Positions 1 to 7,371 of a DNA stretch of 32,000 bases are shown here, one piece after another; within the stretch, counting starts at the first letter, position 1, and each line of letters starts with the position of its first letter. The DNA comes from Candidatus Scalindua sp. (GTDB lineage: Bacteria; Planctomycetota; Brocadiia; Brocadiales; Scalinduaceae). A program made the position numbers and the translations under genes. Location: the NCBI GenBank assembly GCA_031316235.1, contig JALDRA010000001.1:1740001-1772000 (forward strand). Reading direction: 5' to 3'. The notes beneath the pieces were generated by a model. That model ran no database searches, had not been told where the DNA came from, and worked only from the letters and a program-made list of their open reading frames with translations.

Positions 1-113
1 TCCTGTTTATGTCCATACAGAACAGCAGGTAACAAGCCTGACATCCTGAGCCTTCGCGCAACTCGAGAACCAAATTCTTTTTTTATCTCTACCTGTAATG
101 CAAGTGTTTCCAT
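1..113 (-). CDS. rplY: 50S ribosomal protein L25/Ctc, N-terminal fragment (gene continues beyond the left edge)
   Basis: Absent from the ORF track because it is open-ended. The reverse complement from 113 reads ATG GAA ACA CTT GCA = METLALQVEIKKEFGSRVARRLRMSGLLPAVLYGHKQ. This carries the L25/Ctc N-terminal signature (ARRLR..G..PAVLYG). It lies directly downstream of prs, the common prs-ctc arrangement. Confidence 0.75.
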   Translation of the reverse strand, partial: METLALQVEIKKEFGSRVARRLRMSGLLPAVLYGHKQ

Positions 114-182
114 ACCTTAAATTATCCAAATTTTGGTGTAAAAAGTCAAAATATAATATTTCTTACAAAAAACCCGCAACGA

Positions 183-1157
183 TCAATGCTCCTTAAACAT
201 CGAGCTTATTGATGAATTAGTATGCACCCTCTTGATAGCTTCACCCACAATACCTGCCACTGTCAGGACTTTCAATTTGCTGCCAAGGGCACTGGTCTCC
301 TCAGCCAGAGGAATCGTATCGGTAACAACAATCTCCTTAATCGGTGAATTTGATAGCCTTTCAATAGCGGGACCACACAGGACGGCGTGCGTCGCACCCA
401 CATAAATATCTTTAACTCCCTTTTCTTTCAAAACCCTTGCAGCCTCGCAGATTGAGCCCGCTGTTGCTATCAGATCATCCATAATAATAACGTTTTTCCC
501 CTTAACATCACCAATAACAAACCCTATCTGTGTCTCCGTTGGACCGATCCTCCTTTTGTCAACAATCGCCATCCTTATATCCAGCTTCTTTGAATACGAT
601 CTCGCAATTTTTATCCCACCAACGTCCGGCGACACCACCACCAGATCTTCGATACCAAGACTTTTAAAATATTCCGACAGCACCGGAAATGCAAAGATGT
701 GGTCTACCGGTATATCAAAAAATCCCTGTATCTGTGCTGCATGCAGGTCGATGGTGAGCAATCTGTCCGCACCAGCCTTGGTAATAATATTTGCTACAAG
801 CTTTGCCGTAATAGGAACCCGGCCTTCATCTTTTCTGTCTTTCCTGGCATAACCGTAGTATGGCAGCACTGCTGTTATTCTTGCAGAAGAAGCCCTTCTG
901 AAACAATCGATCATAATCAGAAGTTCTGCCAGATTTTCGTTTACGGGCGGACTTGTCGGCTGCACAATAAAAACATCCGCACCACGGACATCTTCTTCCA
1001 CTTTGACATTTATTTCACCATCCGGAAACCTTCCAACCTCCGCCCTTCCAAGAGGAATCGAAAGGTAGTCACACACCTTTTCCGCCAGATCAGGGTTTGC
1101 GTTTCCTGTAAAAACCTTTATGTTGTCCAACGTTTCTATGCGACTCTTCTGATCCAT
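183..1157 (-). CDS. prs: ribose-phosphate pyrophosphokinase (PRPP synthetase)
   Basis: 324-aa ORF with an ATG at 1157-1155. The N-terminus is ..KVFTGNANPDLAEKVCDYLSIPLG... It has the flexible loop YYGYARKDRK and the PRPP-binding motif VIIMDDLIATAGS, as in class I Prs. Confidence 0.97.
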   Translation of the reverse strand: MDQKSRIETLDNIKVFTGNANPDLAEKVCDYLSIPLGRAEVGRFPDGEINVKVEEDVRGADVFIVQPTSPPVNENLAELLIMIDCFRRASSARITAVLPYYGYARKDRKDEGRVPITAKLVANIITKAGADRLLTIDLHAAQIQGFFDIPVDHIFAFPVLSEYFKSLGIEDLVVVSPDVGGIKIARSYSKKLDIRMAIVDKRRIGPTETQIGFVIGDVKGKNVIIMDDLIATAGSICEAARVLKEKGVKDIYVGATHAVLCGPAIERLSNSPIKEIVVTDTIPLAEETSALGSKLKVLTVAGIVGEAIKRVHTNSSISSMFKEH

Positions 1158-1773
1158 GCTCTATAGCGTTATGCCCCCTTATCCTTCACCAATAAAATTC
1201 TCAGCAGGCACAGGGACTTGTGTATACTTTTAATGAGCCAAACACGCAGATGGTCCTATTCATATTCTCAAATGCAGATTACAGCACCGGTATGCCAATT
1301 GAGCAAAGGGGGGGAAACCTTCACTTCTCCTTCCCCTTTTTTGATGAAAGGCAGAAGTTATGCATAAGCGTTTTGCTGAGAAACACTTACAAGCGAGACC
1401 ATCCGGGACATCAGCGAGGCGGAATGTTATCAAAAAAAAGTATTGATTGCAAGAAAAAACTGATGGAAGCAAAAAGAGCACAGTGATTTCAAACAAATTT
1501 CAACACTCTTCAGGTCACATTTTTTCTGTTATTTCTTTGTTGATACGAAAACCGGACTCCAACCAGGAGAAAAAAGAGTCCCGAGGAAAACAACTCAATA
1601 TTTTCCTGCAGAATATTCTCCCCCTTCCCTGAAATGAAAGCAACCTATGGCAGTATTTCACAATCAGATAAGTAAAACTATTCCAATTCCTTCACTTTTC
1701 AATTTGCATTTTCATGCAAGTTACTTACAATGCAGAAGAAAAGAACCACTTTTTTAAGGAGGCAGCGGCTACC

Positions 1774-2313
1774 ATGAAAAAAACTTTCCCCTTACTCATG
1801 CTTATTTTTTGCACCTTTCACCCCTCACTGGTATTCGGAGCACAGGAACCAACACAGATACTTGACAAGTTAGACGCTCTTGAAAAAACCATTTCCGACC
1901 TGTCATTCAGAATATTTGCCTTAGAAAAAAGGTTAATCTCGTTTGAAGAAAAACTTCTTTTTAAAGAAAAACATTCGATGGATTATCCCATGAGCACCGA
2001 ATCCCAGGACAGGAAGATTCCTGACAGTTTTGAAGAACCGGAAAGCAATTTCTCATTTTTAAATATTACCTACAACGACCACTATAATGATGTAATTTTT
2101 AAAGGTGACGTAATAAACAAGTCAAAAAAAAGCTACCGGTATACACTTTTTAAAATAAGTGTATACAATGAAAAGGGCACTGTCATGTCGAGTAACGATT
2201 TTTATATCCTGAACCTGGACGAGGGGACACGGAGATCTTTTGAAGTAAAACTGCACGGTATCAAGTCACGTGATTTTGCGGATTACACCATTGAATTTAA
2301 TAAGGGCTCATAA
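1774..2313 (+). CDS. secreted hypothetical protein (signal peptide, coiled-coil segment, C-terminal beta-rich FxLYD/DUF3426-like region)
   Basis: I trimmed the track ORF 1714..2313 to the internal ATG at 1774, which is preceded by AAGGAGG (1756-1762). MKKTFPLLMLIFCTFHPSLVFG-AQ is a typical signal peptide. LDKLDALEKTISDLSFRIFALEKRL is heptad-like. The C-terminal segment GDVINKSKKSYRYTLFKISVYNEKGTV resembles FxLYD-type beta-sandwich domains; that comparison is from memory. Confidence 0.7.
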   Translation: MKKTFPLLMLIFCTFHPSLVFGAQEPTQILDKLDALEKTISDLSFRIFALEKRLISFEEKLLFKEKHSMDYPMSTESQDRKIPDSFEEPESNFSFLNITYNDHYNDVIFKGDVINKSKKSYRYTLFKISVYNEKGTVMSSNDFYILNLDEGTRRSFEVKLHGIKSRDFADYTIEFNKGS

Positions 2314-2563
2314 AAGAGCTCCGGAAAAGAAAAACAATCAGCTGTTTTCTCATAAAAACCCTGAAACAACGAAAGTAATTCAGATGTGCAACGTTGCTGG
2401 TGCTGCGAACGAGTGCCCCGATATGAATGGCCCCCCTCAAACAGCTTTCCTGCGACAAAATGATCCAAAAACCTGATAAACCCGTAACCGCAATTTTCAC
2501 AATTTTAACCTTCTCACCTTTTCAATCCAGTGTCCATCTGCCACTTATTGACAAAGGCCTGTG

Positions 2564-2833
2564 CTAATAGAGCTCTCCTAATTTTTTTGAAATCATTGCG
2601 AGATTTCTATCCTTTGTCAGAAAGTCCGCTTCATTTGGATGCACCTTTAAATCGAGAAGCATTTTTTTGATCCTCTTCCATCCGGATTCACTCTTTTTTT
2701 CACTGGTTTCCAGATATAGCGTTGAGACCATCTCTCCCAGTTTTTCTATGAGGCGAATATCTTTGTTGTCGTAATACCCCCTGATAACCTTTTTCTGGTA
2801 TTGTGTGTAGTTTTTATCATCCTTTTGAACCAT
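2564..2833 (-). CDS. small conserved-looking hypothetical protein (89 aa)
   Basis: The ATG at 2833 is preceded on the minus strand by GGAGGAG (atatGGAGGAGacttATG). The composition is balanced and Lys/Glu-rich. It is divergent from thrS. I recognise no family. Confidence 0.65.
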   Translation of the reverse strand: MVQKDDKNYTQYQKKVIRGYYDNKDIRLIEKLGEMVSTLYLETSEKKSESGWKRIKKMLLDLKVHPNEADFLTKDRNLAMISKKLGELY

Positions 2834-3004
2834 AAGTCTCCTCCATATTTTGATAGTAAATTATACCGGCGAAACTGGAAATTTAACATTAATTTAATAA
2901 GCACACTCATCACCTCACCAATTTTCCTTGAAATAGCAAAGAAAATCATGTACAAATACCATAATATTTTACACTCAGGTTAATTCTACAGAATCAGGAA
3001 GTCA

Positions 3005-4927
3005 ATGGTAAAGATAAAACTACCAGGAGGTATAGAAAAACATTTTCAGAAAAATGTTACCGTCAGAGATGTATCGAGGGATGACGCCTTTAAGAATCGT
3101 GAGTCTGCAATAGCAGGCAAACTAAACAGCAGGATTGTAGACCTTGATTTTCCAATCGATTCGGACACAACCCTTGACCTGGTATCCGCAAGCTCCGCCG
3201 AAGGGTTGGAAATACTTCGGCACAGTACAGCCCATCTGATGGCTCAGGCGGTTACCCGGCTGTTTCCGAATGCCAAACTGGGAATCGGCCCGTCCATAAA
3301 AGACGGTTTCTATTATGATTTTGATCTGGAACAGACAATTACCCAAGAAGACCTTGAAAAGATTGAAGAAGAAATGGTGAAAATCGCGAAGGAAGATCTG
3401 CCATTCAGAAGATTAGAAGAGCCTCGTATTGCCGCCATAGAAAGAATGGAAAAACTAAACCAGTCCTATAAGGTTGAGCTCATCAAAGGACTCGAAGATG
3501 AAACCGTTTCCTTTTATCAGCAAGACGATTTCATTGATCTGTGCAAGGGTCCGCACGTGTCAAGTACGAAGAATATCGGGGTGTTTAAACTCCTCAGTAT
3601 TGCCGGGGCATATTGGAGAGGAAAAGAAACCAATCCTATGCTCCAGAGGATCTATGGTACCGTATTCACAAACAAGAAGGCACTGGAAAAGCACCTCAAG
3701 ATTTTAGAAGAGATAAAAAAACGTGACCATAGAAAAATCGGTACCGCGTTAGACCTGTACAGTTTTCATGATAAAGGCGGCCCCGGACTGGTTTTCTGGC
3801 ACCCGAAAGGGGCTGCAATCAGAAATGTTATTGAGACATTCTGGAGAATTGAGCACTATGCCCGCGGCTATGAAATACTGTACAGCCCCCATATTGCAAA
3901 AATAGACCTCTGGAAAACAAGTGGCCACCTGGACTTCTATAAAGACAGTATGTTTTCTCCCATAGAAGTTGAGGGTCAGGAGTATATTTTGCGGCCGATG
4001 AATTGCCCGTTTGCTATTTTAATGTATAAATCAACTTTACGCAGCTATCGTGATTTACCTTTGAGATGGGGAGAACTGGGAACTGTCTACAGATATGAAA
4101 GATCAGGGGTCTTGCATGGATTATTGCGGGTACGAGGGTTCACCCAGGATGATGCCCATATTTTCTGCAGACCCGACCAGTTACAGAACGAGATTGAAGG
4201 TGTCCTGGATTTGGCCCTCTTTATGCTGAATTGCTTTGGATTTGATGAATACGAGATTGAACTGGCTGTGAGGGGAAAAGGAAATGAGGAAAAATACATA
4301 GGAAAAAATGAAAATTGGACTCTTGCTGAGGAGGCGTTGACGGCTGCTCTTAATAAAAAGCAGTTACATTTTGCGAGGATGGAAGATGAGGCAAAATTTT
4401 ATGGCCCGGCAATTGACATAAAGATAAAGGATGCACTCGGTCGGGGGTGGCAGGGACCCACTATTCAGGTTGACTTTAATCTTCCGGAAAGATTTGATGT
4501 GAATTATGTCGGCTCTGATGGTATACAACATAAAGTGGTAATGGTACATCGTACCGTAATCGGAGCCATGGAGCGGTTTCTCGGATGCCTGATAGAACAT
4601 TACGGCGGTGATTTTCCTCTCTGGCTGGCACCATTACAGGCGAGGGTACTTCCCATATCTGACAAGTTCAATGATTACGGTATTGATATAAAAAGCAGGC
4701 TGTCTAAAGCAGGAATCCGTACCGATGTCGATACAAAAAATGCAAAAATCGGATTAAAGATCAGGGAAGGCACTTTAGAGAAAATACCGTACCTTCTGAT
4801 TGTTGGTGAAAAAGAGGTAGAAGAGGAAGCGGTATCAGTGCGAAGTCGAAAGAAAGGTAATGAAGGCGCAATCCCGCTTTCGCAATTTATGTTACGCCTG
4901 GAGAAAGAAGTAAGGGATAAAGCTTAG
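3005..4927 (+). CDS. thrS: threonine--tRNA ligase
   Basis: 640 aa. It has an N-terminal TGS-like segment, an editing-domain motif (LRHSTAHLMAQA), class II core motifs (YRYERSGVLHGLLRVRGFTQDDAHIF) and a C-terminal anticodon-binding domain. It sits at the head of the conserved thrS-infC-rpmI-rplT cluster. Confidence 0.98.
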   Translation: MVKIKLPGGIEKHFQKNVTVRDVSRDDAFKNRESAIAGKLNSRIVDLDFPIDSDTTLDLVSASSAEGLEILRHSTAHLMAQAVTRLFPNAKLGIGPSIKDGFYYDFDLEQTITQEDLEKIEEEMVKIAKEDLPFRRLEEPRIAAIERMEKLNQSYKVELIKGLEDETVSFYQQDDFIDLCKGPHVSSTKNIGVFKLLSIAGAYWRGKETNPMLQRIYGTVFTNKKALEKHLKILEEIKKRDHRKIGTALDLYSFHDKGGPGLVFWHPKGAAIRNVIETFWRIEHYARGYEILYSPHIAKIDLWKTSGHLDFYKDSMFSPIEVEGQEYILRPMNCPFAILMYKSTLRSYRDLPLRWGELGTVYRYERSGVLHGLLRVRGFTQDDAHIFCRPDQLQNEIEGVLDLALFMLNCFGFDEYEIELAVRGKGNEEKYIGKNENWTLAEEALTAALNKKQLHFARMEDEAKFYGPAIDIKIKDALGRGWQGPTIQVDFNLPERFDVNYVGSDGIQHKVVMVHRTVIGAMERFLGCLIEHYGGDFPLWLAPLQARVLPISDKFNDYGIDIKSRLSKAGIRTDVDTKNAKIGLKIREGTLEKIPYLLIVGEKEVEEEAVSVRSRKKGNEGAIPLSQFMLRLEKEVRDKA

Positions 4928-5004
4928 GGCTCAGGTTTTACCTGGCGGCATAGCTGTCTGTTGTTACATATATTTTGGATTTTTTAAGAATGGGGGGATG
5001 ATAT

Positions 5005-5505
5005 ATTTCAAGGTTTACAAGAACAAATCAACGGATTTTTGCAAAAACAGTAAGACTTATTGATGAAAACGGTACCCAGCTCGGTATCGTAAAAAAGGAA
5101 GATGCCCTTAATAAAGCACTAGAATTAGGTTTAGATTTGGTTGAGGTGTCGCCAGACTCCGATCCTCCAGTTTGCCGTATTTTAAATTTCGGCAAATATA
5201 AATACAAGCAGAACAAAAAAACGCACAAAAAGACACACACTGTTCAGCTGAAGGAGATCAGGGTAAGGCCCAAAATAGGAGAACACGATCTTCAGACCAA
5301 GGTCAAGCAGGCAAGAAAATTTGTTGAGAGGAGCGACAGGGTTCTCGTTAATATGATGTTCAGAGGCCGGGAAATGAGACACAAAGAAGCCGCACAAGAC
5401 GTTTTTGACGTATTTATCAAGGCCCTGGAGGATATTGCGAAGGTAGAAACCCTATCAAAATCCAAGGGGCGGAGTGTTAGTATTATTTTATCGCCTATTA
5501 AATAG
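5005..5505 (+). CDS. infC: translation initiation factor IF-3, with a non-canonical ATT start
   Basis: The track ORF starts at an internal TTG (5137), but the frame is open back to TGA 4999-5001. The upstream part encodes conserved IF3 N-terminal sequence (..RTNQRIFAKTVRLIDENGTQLGIVKKEDALNKALELGLDLVEV..). The only plausible initiator upstream of that motif is ATT 5005-5007, which lies 6 nt after GGGGGGA (4992-4998). Confidence 0.9.
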   Translation: MSRFTRTNQRIFAKTVRLIDENGTQLGIVKKEDALNKALELGLDLVEVSPDSDPPVCRILNFGKYKYKQNKKTHKKTHTVQLKEIRVRPKIGEHDLQTKVKQARKFVERSDRVLVNMMFRGREMRHKEAAQDVFDVFIKALEDIAKVETLSKSKGRSVSIILSPIK

Positions 5506-5517
5506 AAAGGGGCTACA

Positions 5518-5715
5518 ATGCCTAAATTGAAATCACGAAGCTGTCTGAAAAAAAGGATAAAGGTCTCATCAAAAGGTAAAATAAAAAGGCAAAAGGCATT
5601 TGCAGGTCACCTTATGTCCGGAAAAAGCGGAAACAGGCGAAGAAAGCTGAGGAGAAAAGCGCTTGTCTCAAAAGGCTTTGTCAAGACACTGTTGCGTGCT
5701 TTGGGAAAAGGTTAA
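5518..5715 (+). CDS. rpmI: 50S ribosomal protein L35
   Basis: 65 aa and highly basic. It begins MPKLKSRSCLKKRIKVSSKGKIKRQKAFAGHL, the L35 signature. Its position between infC and rplT matches the conserved cluster. Confidence 0.95.
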   Translation: MPKLKSRSCLKKRIKVSSKGKIKRQKAFAGHLMSGKSGNRRRKLRRKALVSKGFVKTLLRALGKG

Positions 5716-5767
5716 TCAGAATTATTAGACTGAGAAATATTATTAGTACAAGAAAGGAAGTAGAAGG

Positions 5768-6121
5768 ATGCCGAGAGCAAAAAATGGTCCAGCCAAGAAA
5801 AGAGCCAGAAAAAGGCTTCTGAATGCAACGAAAGGATATTTTGGCAGTAGACGTAATCTCTATCGGAAGGCAAGTGAAACCTATGTAAGGGCAATGGTTT
5901 ACGCTTACAGAGATAGAAAATGCAAAAAAAGAAACTTCAGAAAACTCTGGATCATACGCATAAATGCAGCAGCAAAACTGCGCGGGTTAAATTACAGCCG
6001 GTTTATGAGCGGATTAAAAAAGGCTAATATTGAGATTGATAGGAAAATGCTTGCAGAAACAGCGGTAAATGATCCGTCTGTATTTGATGAATTAGTTGAA
6101 CTTTCAAAGCAGCATATATAA
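5768..6121 (+). CDS. rplT: 50S ribosomal protein L20
   Basis: 117 aa. It begins MPRAKNGPAKKRARKRLLNATKGYFGSRRNLYRKA and contains ..RDRKCKKRNFRKLWIIRINAA.., typical of L20. An AAGGAAG/GAAGG Shine-Dalgarno (SD) sequence lies upstream. Confidence 0.97.
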   Translation: MPRAKNGPAKKRARKRLLNATKGYFGSRRNLYRKASETYVRAMVYAYRDRKCKKRNFRKLWIIRINAAAKLRGLNYSRFMSGLKKANIEIDRKMLAETAVNDPSVFDELVELSKQHI

Positions 6122-6156
6122 AAACCCGGAACTCTGACCATATATTCCGGTTTTAT
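6121..6156 (+). terminator. candidate Rho-independent terminator after rplT
   Basis: The stem is CCGGAA (6126-6131) paired with TTCCGG (6145-6150), with a 13-nt loop. TTTT (6151-6154) follows immediately. AAAA (6121-6124) on the 5' side gives a bidirectional look. Confidence 0.6.
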
Positions 6157-6313
6157 CACTCAATTACGGTTTTTCCCGTAATCCACTACAACTAATCCTC
6201 GATTTGAAGATTGCATTTACGGTATTTTTTCCCTCTACCCTACGTGTAAAATTTGTTTCGTTTCATTAGTTTCTTTAAAATTGCGGAGAACAAAGAGGCT
6301 CAAGAAAGCTTAT

Positions 6314-7366
6314 ATGATGCAGGAAAGATTGGTTGCGTTACAAAGCCAGGTAAAGGAGGATTTAGCGAAGGCAGAAACGCTCAATGAAATTGAAGATATT
6401 AGGGTCCGCTACCTTGGAAGAAAAGGGGCTATCAAGGACATAATGAAGGCGATTCCAGGCTTGCCTCCTGAAGAGAAATCGATAATGGGGAAGATGGCCA
6501 ACAAGCTTAAACTCGATATTACCGGAGAAATAGAAGCAGCTGAAAAAAGATTCAGCGCCTCCCTCCCCCCTTCATCAGACAAGCAGGGCCTGAAGAGTAA
6601 CGCTCAGGAGACAAAAGGTACCTTTGACTTATCGTTACCGGGCAAGCGGCGGCCTTACGGGCACATCCATCCCATTACGCAGACAATCAATGAGATCAAG
6701 AGTATATTCAGCAAACTTGGCTTTTCCGTAGAATATGGACCCGAGGTAGAACAAGAGTACTATAACTTTGACGCCTTGAATGTCCCCCAGGACCACCCAT
6801 CAAGAGAGGATTTTGATACATTTTACCTGGACAATAAACTTCTCCTGAGGAGTCAGACTTCAACCGTTCAAATAAGGACAATGAAAAAAAGGAAACCGCC
6901 AATCCGGATGATTGCACCAGGAAAGGTGTACCGTCCGGATACGGTTGACGCCCGCCATGCATCCATGTTCCACCAGATAGAAGGTTTAATGGTGGAAGAA
7001 GGAGTGAGCTTTCGAGATTTAAAATTCGCCCTCACCTCATTTTCGAAAATTTATTTTGGAGAGGATATAAAAATGAGATTCCGCCCTTCATTCTTTCCCT
7101 TTACGGAACCCAGTGCGGAAGTTGACATTTCCTGTTCCATATGTAGTGCCAGAGGATGCAGCGTATGCTCCCACAGCGGATGGGTTGAGGTTTTAGGAGC
7201 CGGCATGGTAGACCCGAATGTCTTTGAAGCCGTTGGATACGATCCGGAAAAATATACCGGTTTTGCCTTTGGTCTGGGTGTAGAAAGGCTTACGATGCTG
7301 AGATACGGAATAGATGACATTCGTCTTTTCTTTGAAAATGATTTAAGATTTTTATCACAATTCTGA
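6314..7366 (+). CDS. pheS: phenylalanine--tRNA ligase alpha subunit
   Basis: The track ORF starts at TTG 6281. I prefer ATG 6314 (or 6317) because MMQERLVALQSQVKEDLAKAETLNEIEDIRVRYLGRKG matches the usual PheS N-terminal coiled coil. Class II motifs are present: FRPSFFPFTEPSAEVD and GFAFGLGVERLTMLRYGIDDIRLF. Confidence 0.95.
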   Translation: MMQERLVALQSQVKEDLAKAETLNEIEDIRVRYLGRKGAIKDIMKAIPGLPPEEKSIMGKMANKLKLDITGEIEAAEKRFSASLPPSSDKQGLKSNAQETKGTFDLSLPGKRRPYGHIHPITQTINEIKSIFSKLGFSVEYGPEVEQEYYNFDALNVPQDHPSREDFDTFYLDNKLLLRSQTSTVQIRTMKKRKPPIRMIAPGKVYRPDTVDARHASMFHQIEGLMVEEGVSFRDLKFALTSFSKIYFGEDIKMRFRPSFFPFTEPSAEVDISCSICSARGCSVCSHSGWVEVLGAGMVDPNVFEAVGYDPEKYTGFAFGLGVERLTMLRYGIDDIRLFFENDLRFLSQF

Positions 7367-7371
7367 AACGC

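Noticed and set aside
556-1166. Plus-strand ORFs 556..852 and 699..1166 (98 and 155 aa)
   Set aside because: Both lie entirely antisense to the unmistakable prs gene. They have odd composition (Cys/Arg/Ser-rich) and no SD. They are typical shadow ORFs.
1360-1446. 28-codon basic ORF (MHKRFAEKHLQARPSGTSARRNVIKKKY) with GAAAGG 8 nt upstream
   Set aside because: It matches no small ribosomal protein I know, is too short to judge from sequence alone, and has no supporting context.
1541-1590. Minus-strand CCTGGTTGGAGTCCGG looked like a tRNA T-arm
   Set aside because: The T stem does not pair properly, and I could not build an acceptor, D or anticodon arm around it.
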